Position numbers and translations under genes: made by a program
DNA from: Candidatus Moraniibacteriota bacterium
GTDB taxonomy: Bacteria > Patescibacteriota > Minisyncoccia > Moranbacterales > GCA-2747515
Direction: 5' to 3'
DNA: 64,000 nucleotides
Assembly: GCA_016699795.1 (NCBI GenBank)
Contig: CP065011.1
Span: 418,474 to 482,473 of the forward strand
Part shown: positions 8,993 to 17,448 of the stretch, one piece after another
Position numbering within the stretch: the first letter of the stretch is position 1
Layout of the letters: every line of letters begins with the position of its first letter
The notes under the pieces: generated by a model
Seen by the model: the letters and a program-made list of their open reading frames with translations, nothing else
Told to the model about the DNA's origin: nothing
Databases searched by the model: none

Positions 8993-9565
8993 ATGATTTT
9001 TTTATTTTCAAAAAAATATTCCGACCAAGAACTTCTTGAAATTTTCCCTGAAGCCAAAACGATAATACCCGAAAAGATTTCAGAATGGCAGGAGGAGTAT
9101 GACAAATTGGCAAATGAGATTAAGGGATTTTTGACCGCCGTCTATGAGCGTTGCCCCGAAAAGGATGTGTGGTTCTGGGAAATAGTCGCGGAAAAACTGA
9201 TGATTCCCGACCTGCTGAAAATAGAGAATCACATCTTACGCCTAAAAAGGCAACAGATAATTGCAAAGGGCAAAAGCAACAGACGCCAAGAAAATTACGA
9301 AAAGTTCCAAGAGAAAATTATACTTGCTCGATCCTATCCAATCTACGAACTGGCGCGTGACAAACTCGATCTCAAACCGTCTGGGAAAAACTTTGTGGCG
9401 TTGTGTCCCTTCCACAATGAAAAAACTCCCAGCTGCTATTTCTACACAGAGACCAATACCTTTGTATGTTTCGGATGCGGAGAAAAGAGCGACATTATAA
9501 AATTTACAATGCATTTTTACGGAGTCGGATTCCGAGACGCCGTAGAGATGCTTCAAGCAAGATGA
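8993..9565 (+). CDS. CHC2 zinc-finger (DnaG-type primase Zn-binding domain) protein
   Basis: 'CPFHNEKTPSCYFYTETNTFVCFGCGEKSDIIKF' matches the C-x-H...C-x2-C primase zinc finger. Its stop TGA overlaps the next ATG (ATGA). Confidence 0.6.
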   Translation: MIFLFSKKYSDQELLEIFPEAKTIIPEKISEWQEEYDKLANEIKGFLTAVYERCPEKDVWFWEIVAEKLMIPDLLKIENHILRLKRQQIIAKGKSNRRQENYEKFQEKIILARSYPIYELARDKLDLKPSGKNFVALCPFHNEKTPSCYFYTETNTFVCFGCGEKSDIIKFTMHFYGVGFRDAVEMLQAR

Positions 9566-10917
9566 GTGGTAAAGCAAATAACAAATTAAACGAGATAAAA
9601 AACAATATGGAGAAAGAAAAAAATGTGTCGCACGACGCCAAGAAACAACAGTCTAGGGAGAATGAACGATTCGCAAAATTGATCCCAGAGGTACCGACTG
9701 ACATAGCACTCTGGCGAGAAGTTATCACGGAAAATTTTCCCGAATTGATACTTCCGGCCGAAGTAGGCTTAAGCATAATCGCCCAACTGCTGATAGGCGA
9801 TATCAAAAATCCGTTTGCCCTCGTCTATGTGGATGTTCCATCTTCTGGAAAAACCGTCGTTTTGAATTTCTTTTCCACCGCCAAAGAACTGGCATTTACG
9901 ACTGACAATTTCACCCCGGCGTCGTTTGTATCTCAAGCCGCAAAAAAGAAAAAGGAGGAACTGGCCGAAATCGACATGTTGCCACAGATCAGGTACAAGA
10001 CATTGATTATCCGGGATCTTGCCCCCGTATTTAGCAAGAAAGACGAAAATGTCCAAGAAATGCTCGGGATATTAATCAGAGTTCTGGACGGAGAAGGTCT
10101 GGAAACAAGCGGTGGCATACACGGCAAGCGCGGATATACCGGAGACTACCTGTTTATGTTGCTTTCTGCCTCTACCCCAATCCGCCCTAGGATATGGAAA
10201 GCTATGGGGAACCTGGGGTCGCGTTTGTTTTTCGTCAATATCGGAGGCGCCGAGAAAAGCGAAACCGCCCTAGCAAACCAGTTAAAGAAGCCTTGCCGGG
10301 AAAAAGAAATTTTATGCCGGGAAGTTACTGAAAACTTTGCAAAAACTTTGTGGAGCAAATATCCCGACGGAGTCCTTTGGGATATGGAAAAAGACGAGCA
10401 GAGCTTGTTGGAAATCATTGCTCGTCTTGCCAAAATACTGGCACGCCTCAGAAGTTCTATCAATGTTTGGAAAGACAGCAACGAATCCAAAAAGTATGAC
10501 CACACTCAACCGATTACAGAAATGCCAGACAGGCTGAATCAGCTCCTTTACAATTTGGCTAGAGGTCATGCCATTGTTTGTGGCCGAGAAAATATCACCA
10601 AGGAAGATCTTAGCATCGTAATGCGAGTTGCGCTTGATTCTGCTCCACCCAACCGAGCAAGAGTGTTTAAGAATCTCATAAAATCATCGGGTGTGCTTGC
10701 AACAAACCAAGTCATGGATATTCTCAAATGTTCCCGTCCAACAGCGCTGAAAGAAATGGAGCAACTTGTTATCCTGGGAATTGTCGAACCGTCTGAAGAT
10801 TTGGCTGAAGCAAGCAGTTTGCATTTCACAGGCAGACCGGAAAGCGAGATCGCGCTCAAAGAAGAATTCAAATGGTTTCTGACCAATGAATGCCATTTAT
10901 TGATACATAGGAGCTAA
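9562..10917 (+). CDS. P-loop NTPase, primase-associated/replicative helicase-like protein of a mobile element
   Basis: Walker A 'DVPSSGKTVV', Walker B-like 'LIIRDLAP', C-terminal winged-helix-like segment. Start moved to the ATG at 9562, which overlaps the upstream stop (translational coupling). The longer ORF from 9466 overlaps the previous gene. Confidence 0.5.
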   Translation: MSGKANNKLNEIKNNMEKEKNVSHDAKKQQSRENERFAKLIPEVPTDIALWREVITENFPELILPAEVGLSIIAQLLIGDIKNPFALVYVDVPSSGKTVVLNFFSTAKELAFTTDNFTPASFVSQAAKKKKEELAEIDMLPQIRYKTLIIRDLAPVFSKKDENVQEMLGILIRVLDGEGLETSGGIHGKRGYTGDYLFMLLSASTPIRPRIWKAMGNLGSRLFFVNIGGAEKSETALANQLKKPCREKEILCREVTENFAKTLWSKYPDGVLWDMEKDEQSLLEIIARLAKILARLRSSINVWKDSNESKKYDHTQPITEMPDRLNQLLYNLARGHAIVCGRENITKEDLSIVMRVALDSAPPNRARVFKNLIKSSGVLATNQVMDILKCSRPTALKEMEQLVILGIVEPSEDLAEASSLHFTGRPESEIALKEEFKWFLTNECHLLIHRS

Positions 10918-10966
10918 AAGGGTTTATAAACCAAATTTACCCCTATGTTATAAACCGATAATTACT

Positions 10967-11128
10967 ATGATTACCGAATCAGACGCTAAAAAATTTCAGG
11001 AACTATACGAAAAAGAAACCGGAAAGAAAATCTCTCTCAAGGAGGCTTTTGAACTGGCAGAAAATTTGGTGGACATGGTTCGGCTTATCTACAAGCCCAT
11101 TAAAAAGAAGGACCGCAAAGATTGTTAG
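10967..11128 (+). CDS. Small ORF (53 aa), hypothetical
   Basis: Read manually; 'MITESDAKKFQELYEKETGKKISLKEAFELAENLVDMVRLIYKPIKKKDRKDC'. It sits between the helicase-like gene and the recombinase. Below the 60-aa cut-off of the ORF track. Confidence 0.25.
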   Translation: MITESDAKKFQELYEKETGKKISLKEAFELAENLVDMVRLIYKPIKKKDRKDC

Positions 11129-11187
11129 AATTTTCAATGTCGCTATACAATCTGCATAGACAGTAACGTGCACAAATTGAAACCATT

Positions 11188-12795
11188 ATGGAGGCCAAAA
11201 TAAAGTATCTAATGTATCTTCGCAAAAGCACCGATAGCGAAGATCGCCAGATACAATCAATCGAAGATCAACGCAAGGAACTGGAACGCATCGCCAGACA
11301 TCTTAAACTTGAAATTAAGGGAGTTTACCATGAAAACAAATCCGCCAAGAAGCCTGGGCGGGAGGAATTTAACAAGATGCTTAAAGAGATAAGACGAGGC
11401 AAGGCCGGCGGAATTCTTTGTTGGAAAATTAACCGCCTAACCAGAAATCCGATAGACAGCGGCGAAATCCAATACATGCTGCAGCTTGGACTGATACAGT
11501 CGATCCAAACGCCGGGCAGAGAATACAAAACGACTGACAATGTATTGATGATGTCGGTCGAGACGGGAATGGCCAACCAGTACATCATTGACCTGGGCAG
11601 GGATGTTAAGCGCGGCATGGCTTCCAAAGCCGAGAAAGGTTGGCGGCCAGGACTCGTGCCGATTGGATACAAGAACGACAAGGCGGGAGAACAAGGAAGC
11701 AAAGTCATCCACGTCGATGAAGAACGCTTCCCGATTGTCCGCCAGATGTGGGATCTTATGTTGACTGGCGATTATTCGGTTTCCAAGATTGTTGACATTG
11801 CCAACAACGAGTGGGGTTTGAGAAAACCCACGCGCAATATAGACATGAAGCTCCACGAAAGCCACGGGTACAAAATTTTCACGAACCATTTTTATTACGG
11901 GGAATATGAGTGGGTCGGCAAGACATATCAAGGCAAGCACACGCCAATGATAACGCGAGCTGAATTTGATTATGTCCAGAAGCTCCTGGGGATCAAATGC
12001 AAATCACAGACACGCCACAAAAACCTTCCTTACCGTGGCACAATCCGCTGTGGCGAGTGCGGATGCTCTATCACGACCGAGCAGAAAATAAAAAGAATCA
12101 AATCCAAGAATATCATCAAGACTTTTGTTTACCACCACTGCACCAAAAAGAAATTGGACACCGATTGCCGACAGAAACCCGTATCTTTCGAAGAAATCAA
12201 CAGACAAGTCATGGAAGAGCTGGACAAAATAACCTTGCCCGAGAGTTTTCTGGCTTTTGCTTTGAAGATTTTGAACCGGGACAATGAACTTGAGGTCGAC
12301 AATCGCAACATCATGGTTAAAAACCAGCAGAAAGCCCTGAAAGACTGCCAGAACAAGATTGATAACCTGCTGAAAATCTATATTTCACTCAACAACTCCG
12401 ACAAGGATCTGATAAGCGACGAGGAATTCAAGGGCCAGAAGTCGTCCTTGCTTAAAGAGAAGGCCGGGATCGAACAGAATTTGAACAATCTACGCCAACG
12501 AGCAGACGAATGGTTAGAACTGACCGAAAAAACTTTCACATTCGCTGTCTACGCAAAACATAATTTCGCTGAGGGAGATTACGAAACCAAGACCAGGATA
12601 TTGCGTGCCTTAGGTTCGGACTGCGTCTTGAAAGACAGAAAGGTCCATATTACCTTGCGCAAACAATATCAGATCATCAAAGAAGGCACGGAAATGATAA
12701 AGGCTCAAAACCCAGGGTTAGAACTGAATGATTTTGCTTTATCTGAAACAAAAACAGCCCAATATGGGGCCGTTTCTGATGTCTTGAGCGGGTGA
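11188..12795 (+). CDS. Large serine recombinase (resolvase/invertase-type N-terminal catalytic domain, recombinase domain, zinc ribbon)
   Basis: 'YLRKSTDSEDRQ' is the Y-x-R-x-S-T...Q catalytic serine motif. 'CGECGCSIT' is a zinc ribbon. 535 aa. Its last 9 nt overlap the 3' end of tRNA-Gly. Confidence 0.85.
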   Translation: MEAKIKYLMYLRKSTDSEDRQIQSIEDQRKELERIARHLKLEIKGVYHENKSAKKPGREEFNKMLKEIRRGKAGGILCWKINRLTRNPIDSGEIQYMLQLGLIQSIQTPGREYKTTDNVLMMSVETGMANQYIIDLGRDVKRGMASKAEKGWRPGLVPIGYKNDKAGEQGSKVIHVDEERFPIVRQMWDLMLTGDYSVSKIVDIANNEWGLRKPTRNIDMKLHESHGYKIFTNHFYYGEYEWVGKTYQGKHTPMITRAEFDYVQKLLGIKCKSQTRHKNLPYRGTIRCGECGCSITTEQKIKRIKSKNIIKTFVYHHCTKKKLDTDCRQKPVSFEEINRQVMEELDKITLPESFLAFALKILNRDNELEVDNRNIMVKNQQKALKDCQNKIDNLLKIYISLNNSDKDLISDEEFKGQKSSLLKEKAGIEQNLNNLRQRADEWLELTEKTFTFAVYAKHNFAEGDYETKTRILRALGSDCVLKDRKVHITLRKQYQIIKEGTEMIKAQNPGLELNDFALSETKTAQYGAVSDVLSG

Positions 12796-12859
12796 GCGGA
12801 ATCGAACCGCCGTCCTTAGCTTGGAAGGCTAATATAATAAACCATTATACGACACCCGC
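12787..12859 (-). tRNA. tRNA-Gly (anticodon UCC), no encoded CCA
   Basis: Manual fold: acceptor GCGGGTG/CACCCGC, anticodon stem TTAGC/GCTAA with loop CTTCCAA, T-arm GGCGG-TTCGATT-CCGCT. The weak D-stem is AT-rich. Confidence 0.75.
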
Positions 12860-12910
12860 GGAGGTACTTTTTAAGGAAACATCTCCAGTGTATCAAATCG
12901 ACAAAAAAAA

Positions 12911-13645
12911 TCAACTCCGTGCTGATCCAAAATTATCAAAAAACATACGGTCCTTAGAAATTCCCATGTTTTCAAGATTATTTTTCATAACTTGTATAAA
13001 ATTTGCACCCGCAGCAATGAAGTATTGTGTTTCTGGTGTATCTTCTATAAATCCCCTAAGAAAATTTTCATCAATATATTCTCTTCTTCCATTCCAAAGA
13101 GAAGTCGAGTGCTCCATGTCTGTCATAGTATTGATTACTTTAATATGAGAATACTGTTGAGAGAGTGATTCTATCCATTGAAATTCAGGAGTTGCTTCAG
13201 GTGTGCGATTGGAATTTATAAGTAAGCAAGGAATAATTTCTTCTTTCTTGATAATATGTCGGAGTATACTTCTCATTGGAGAATATCCCACACCAGCACA
13301 AATAAAAACAAGATTTTGTACATTTTCCCCCATATTTGAAAGGGAACAATTTCCCATAGGATCAGAAATTTCCAAAGAATCCCCCAGGGACATTTTGTGA
13401 ATATTCTTTTTGAAACCACTTTCACTTTGGCGCATCAAAAAACTTAATTCCTCTTCATAAGGCGCACTCGCAAAAGAAAAAGTTCTTACATTTCCTCGTG
13501 CGTCTGGATATATATCCAATTCTTTGTTAAAACGCAAAACCGCATATTGTCCAGCCTCAAATGAATATTTCTCAGGTCGAGAAAAAGTGTAAATAAAAGT
13601 GTTTTCAGCAATTTCTTCTTTTTTTTGAAAATTAATACTTTGCAT
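12911..13645 (-). CDS. Ferredoxin-NADP reductase-like FAD/NAD(P)-binding oxidoreductase
   Basis: 'RTFSFAS' (RxYS FAD-binding) and 'VFICAGVGYSPMRS' (GxGxxP NAD-binding). 244 aa. Confidence 0.65.
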   Translation of the reverse strand: MQSINFQKKEEIAENTFIYTFSRPEKYSFEAGQYAVLRFNKELDIYPDARGNVRTFSFASAPYEEELSFLMRQSESGFKKNIHKMSLGDSLEISDPMGNCSLSNMGENVQNLVFICAGVGYSPMRSILRHIIKKEEIIPCLLINSNRTPEATPEFQWIESLSQQYSHIKVINTMTDMEHSTSLWNGRREYIDENFLRGFIEDTPETQYFIAAGANFIQVMKNNLENMGISKDRMFFDNFGSARS

Positions 13646-13658
13646 AATAAATTATTTT

Positions 13659-14906
13659 TTATTCCAAATATTTCATAGGATTAACATGAGCGCCTGTTGG
13701 AATTTTTTCTCCATTTACCGTAGAAATCTCAAATTGTGAAGCACTGTAAACTCCGAAATGTAAATGAGGCCCGGTAGAATAGCCCGTACTTCCAACAGAA
13801 CCAATCTGATCATTTTCTTTTAAGGAAGCCCCTTTTCCCACTCTCTTTTTACTTAAATGCCCATATATAGTAACTAATTTTTTACCATCAATTTCATGTT
13901 CAATAGCTATCCATTTTCCATAAGCAAAATTACCACTATCTCCATCAGCAATCACTTTTCCATCAGCCACTGAGTATACAGGAGTTCCTGTGGATGCTCC
14001 AAAATCTACACCATTATGAAATGTATACCATCTTGTAAAGGTTGTTTTTCCATAAGATTGAGTAATTCTGGGTGATTTCACAGGATAAGACAAAAGACCT
14101 TTCTTAGCAAACGGCATAGAAGAAAGATCAAGACCATTAATTTTTGCCGCTTCTATAGCAGCTATTTCTTGTTCAATTTCTTTAATTTTTTCTTCCACAT
14201 TATTAAGTCTCCACGCATATTTTCCCTTTTCTTGTTTCGTTTCTTGGAGAATTTTTTCTTTTTCTTGTGTTGCTCCCTCAAGATAGACACCTTGTTTTTC
14301 CAAACGAGTTACTACATTTTCCAAATCTATTTTTTTAGAATCTAATTCTTTTTTTTCTTCTTCCAAAGTCACTTTTGTCACTTTAATTTCTTCTAATATT
14401 TTTATCACTCTTTCTTGAAGTTGAGATGTTCGATCTTGAGAAGAAAATATAGATTCTCCCGAAGCATTCGCCAAAAGAGCTCCTGAAAATCCAGATTTTT
14501 TCTTATCATAGTAATCTCGCATGAGACTAGAAAGCGCAATTTTCTGAACAGTAATTAGCAATTCTTTTCTTTGTATATCTTGAATGAGTGATTCCGCTTC
14601 ACGTCCCAATCTATTTGCCGCTTCTTCATTTTCTTGAATATTTTTTTCCACGGTGTCCACTTGATTTTGAAGAGATTTTACTTGAGAAGAAACGATCTGT
14701 TCTTGTTTAATTTTCAAATTAAGTATTTTTGAATATGATTCTTTTTTTTCATTCAATCCTTTCAGTTCTTCATTGGCATCATCTAATTTTTCAGTAATGG
14801 TTTCTTCTGCCTGAACAAAAGAAATCATTCCCCCTTGAAAACATGCTAAAAATAAAACAAAAATAAATGTTTTATTAAAGAATTTTTGTGTATATTTTTT
14901 TCTCAT
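13659..14906 (-). CDS. M23 family metallopeptidase with N-terminal signal/TM and coiled-coil region (EnvC-like)
   Basis: C-terminal 'HNGVDFGASTGTPVYSVADGKV...GSTGYSTGPHLHFGVY' is LytM/M23. Start placed at the internal Met (MRKKYTQ...) to avoid overlap with the upstream gene. Confidence 0.8.
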   Translation of the reverse strand: MRKKYTQKFFNKTFIFVLFLACFQGGMISFVQAEETITEKLDDANEELKGLNEKKESYSKILNLKIKQEQIVSSQVKSLQNQVDTVEKNIQENEEAANRLGREAESLIQDIQRKELLITVQKIALSSLMRDYYDKKKSGFSGALLANASGESIFSSQDRTSQLQERVIKILEEIKVTKVTLEEEKKELDSKKIDLENVVTRLEKQGVYLEGATQEKEKILQETKQEKGKYAWRLNNVEEKIKEIEQEIAAIEAAKINGLDLSSMPFAKKGLLSYPVKSPRITQSYGKTTFTRWYTFHNGVDFGASTGTPVYSVADGKVIADGDSGNFAYGKWIAIEHEIDGKKLVTIYGHLSKKRVGKGASLKENDQIGSVGSTGYSTGPHLHFGVYSASQFEISTVNGEKIPTGAHVNPMKYLE

Positions 14907-14910
14907 ATGT

Positions 14911-15465
14911 TTATTCTCCAATAATAACAACGATCGCATGAGAAATCTCATCTCCTTTAGCTCCTTTTTGAACAGTTACTTCTCCATATCCGCCCAAAGA
15001 TTTAATTGTTCGAGACACCTCATCAGCAACTGTTTTTTCTTCTTTGTAGTAGACTGTCACACCCTTATACGCATACGAAGAAGCATTTGATGCTACTATT
15101 TTTTCAAATCCATTCTTTTTCAGACTTTCAGCAAGTTTACCAGCAACACCCTTCGCACCACCTCCATTAAGAACAGCTATATCAATTTTTTTTGTTACTA
15201 ATTCTTCAGAAGCTTCCCCTTCTTTTTCTTCTTCTTTTGCCTCTTCTTTTTCTGTTTCTGTGGCAAGTTTATCATTCATTTCCTTCATCAAAAGAGAATT
15301 ATCAAGTTTTTCTTTTGCGATCTGATCTATAGAAACACCATTTTCTTTAAAAATCTCTTTTCGATTATCGATAAACCAGGACGAGCCATAGCCGACAATA
15401 ACAATAAGGAAAATGAGTGAAATTATGGTGAAAAAAGATTGTATCATACGGTAATAGTATAACAC
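14911..15465 (-). CDS. LytR_C (cell-envelope-related transcriptional attenuator C-terminal) domain membrane protein
   Basis: N-terminal TM segment. 'IAVLNGGGAKGVAGKLAESLKKNGFEKIVASNAS' is LytR_C-like. Confidence 0.6.
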   Translation of the reverse strand: MLYYYRMIQSFFTIISLIFLIVIVGYGSSWFIDNRKEIFKENGVSIDQIAKEKLDNSLLMKEMNDKLATETEKEEAKEEEKEGEASEELVTKKIDIAVLNGGGAKGVAGKLAESLKKNGFEKIVASNASSYAYKGVTVYYKEEKTVADEVSRTIKSLGGYGEVTVQKGAKGDEISHAIVVIIGE

Positions 15466-15569
15466 AAAAAAAGAAAAATAAAAAATATTATATTTTCTCG
15501 CATTAAAATCAAAATAGACACTCTAGAAAAAATAAGGTAACCTAAAAATATAATTCTATTTTTAAATAT

Positions 15570-16070
15570 ATGGAAAAAACATTACAAAAGAAAGGAGAAA
15601 AAATTCTTATCATCACACTTTTTATTCTTTCTTTAGTCCAATTTGCAGAATCAGGAACGAATAGTATTCATCATATACTCGCTAAATTTCTTCGTGTTTC
15701 TATTGAAAATTTTACATTTCTTGATCCCATTATAAGTAGCATTTCAGCCCTGGGAAGTGCTTTTGTTCTCTTTGGATCAATACTTTGGTGGAAAAGTCGA
15801 CCTTCCTCAAAAATAACACTTCTCACTGGTTTTACATTTCTTATCTTTAAAAATATTTTTGATATTTTTAATCAGGTACTCCTCGTGCGAGAAAAATATT
15901 CTCTCATAACAGAAAAACATCTTTCCACACTTACTAACGATATCATGGCGAATCTTATCCAAATAATGCTTTGGGTAATTCTTTTTATTTATTTTATGAG
16001 AAAAAATCCAAGTATCCAAAAACAAACAAAAGAAATTGAAAAAAAAGAAACCCCTTCTACCACAGAATGA
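15570..16070 (+). CDS. Hypothetical integral membrane protein
   Basis: 166-aa ORF with about four hydrophobic segments. Confidence 0.5.
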   Translation: MEKTLQKKGEKILIITLFILSLVQFAESGTNSIHHILAKFLRVSIENFTFLDPIISSISALGSAFVLFGSILWWKSRPSSKITLLTGFTFLIFKNIFDIFNQVLLVREKYSLITEKHLSTLTNDIMANLIQIMLWVILFIYFMRKNPSIQKQTKEIEKKETPSTTE

Positions 16071-16620
16071 GTTGCTTTCGAATCTTTTTATGATCAGGGA
16101 ATGTAAGAGAAACGAGTTCCCAAAACTTTTCTGAATGGTTCATTTCTTTAATGTGGCACAATTCATGAACTATAATGTAATGCGCTAAATTAAGAGGAAG
16201 AAAAAGAATTTTATAATGGAAACTTAAAGTTCCTGAACTTGAACAACTACCCCAACGCGAGCGCTGATTCCGTATAGATATTTTCTCGTAAGAAAATCCA
16301 TAATAAGCATTACATTCCTTAATTTCTCTTATAACAAAAGCGTGCGCCTTCTTTTTTAAAGAAAGATATTCTTCCTGATCATAATAACTTGATACAATTT
16401 TTTTATTTTTTTCACTCTGGCGAAGTTTTTCTTTCACCCAATGAGAATGTTTCAAAAGAAATTGTTCCGCACTTGGTCGTCCAAAACCAAAGGGAACAGT
16501 GACAACACAATGATTGTCACTGTAAAAAATTATACGGAAACTTTTTGCTCGACGATCTTTTCGGAGAACATACCGAAAATCTATTTCTCCCAATCGAATA
16601 CAAAAAAACCGAGAATTCAT
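16057..16620 (-). CDS. YgjP-like metal-dependent hydrolase (DUF45/WLM-type HExxH)
   Basis: 'YIIVHELCHIKEMNHSEKFWELV' matches the HExxH..NH..FW signature of the YgjP/DUF45 family. Confidence 0.7.
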   Translation of the reverse strand: MNSRFFCIRLGEIDFRYVLRKDRRAKSFRIIFYSDNHCVVTVPFGFGRPSAEQFLLKHSHWVKEKLRQSEKNKKIVSSYYDQEEYLSLKKKAHAFVIREIKECNAYYGFSYEKISIRNQRSRWGSCSSSGTLSFHYKILFLPLNLAHYIIVHELCHIKEMNHSEKFWELVSLTFPDHKKIRKQLILW

Positions 16621-16763
16621 ACGGTTAAGATAACTCTATATATCACTTCTTAAAATCTATTTTCATTCTCGTGTCAAAATCTACATTCTTTATAATTTCT
16701 CACAACAAGATTGTATTTTTTACTTTGAAGAAAATGTAGCTGTATTCTTAAACTCAAACTCTA

Positions 16764-16837
16764 TGGTCGGAGCACCCGGAATCGAACCGGGACTACGTGT
16801 ACCCAAAACACGCGTACTACCACTATACTATGCTCCG
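16764..16837 (-). tRNA. tRNA-Pro (anticodon UGG), CCA encoded
   Basis: Reverse complement folds with acceptor CGGAGCA/TGCTCCG, anticodon stem CGTGT/ACACG with loop TTTGGGT, T-arm CCGG-TTCGATT-CCGG, 3' ACCA. Confidence 0.85.
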
Positions 16838-16935
16838 ATAAAGAAAGTATACCACAGTATATCCTCTCTTTTCAAACAACACAATCCCGAAATGTTTCGG
16901 GATTGTGTAGCTATCCTTTTTTATTTTGAAAGAAA

Positions 16936-16995
16936 AAGAGCTCGCCTCATAAAACCTTGACCTAAACTCGTCCAAAACTTATGAGGCGAGCTCTT
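16936..16995 (-). terminator. Long hairpin (17-bp stem) followed by U-run on minus strand, downstream of HU gene
   Basis: aagagctcgcctcataa ... ttatgaggcgagctctt. On the minus strand it is followed by tttctttc. Confidence 0.45.
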
Positions 16996-17005
16996 ATATA
17001 AAACT

Positions 17006-17287
17006 CTATTTCACTGCTTCTTTCAATGCTTTTCCAGAGGTAAATTTAGGAACTTTCATTGCTGGAATAGTGATTTTTGCCTTTGTTTGAGGGTTAATTC
17101 CTACTCGTGAAGCTCTTTGTGAAACACGAAATGTTCCGAAACCGGTAATGGTGACTTTATTTCCCAAACGAATTTGTTGAGTAATTTCATCAACTAAAGC
17201 ATCGATAACTGCTTCAACATTCTTCTTCGAGAGATCGGTCGTTACGGATACTGCACTTACGAGTCCGTCTTTGGTAACGCTTGTCAT
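17006..17287 (-). CDS. hup: HU family DNA-binding protein
   Basis: 'MTSVTKDGLVSAVSV...GFGTFRVSQRASRVGINPQTKAKITIPAMKVPKFTSGKALKEAV' is a canonical HU/IHF fold sequence. Start taken at the internal Met; the ORF track extends to 17326. Confidence 0.85.
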   Translation of the reverse strand: MTSVTKDGLVSAVSVTTDLSKKNVEAVIDALVDEITQQIRLGNKVTITGFGTFRVSQRASRVGINPQTKAKITIPAMKVPKFTSGKALKEAVK

Positions 17288-17448
17288 ATAATCCACCTCC
17301 TTTCTTTTTGTTACTGGTTTTTCCAAGCCTTTTTAGCTCGGGTAGCCCTATTGTATACCATTCTTCAAACCTGACAAGAGTCTTTCTAAAAAATCTCAGG
17401 AATTTTCTCAAAAATACTTGTTCTATTGCTTTAAATAGCAATAAATTA

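Noticed and set aside
16881-16906. Hairpin acaatcccgaaa/tttcgggattgt as a terminator
   Set aside because: It is not followed by a U-run on the strand of either neighbouring gene, so its function is unclear. The adjacent longer hairpin at 16936-16995 is the better terminator candidate for the HU gene.
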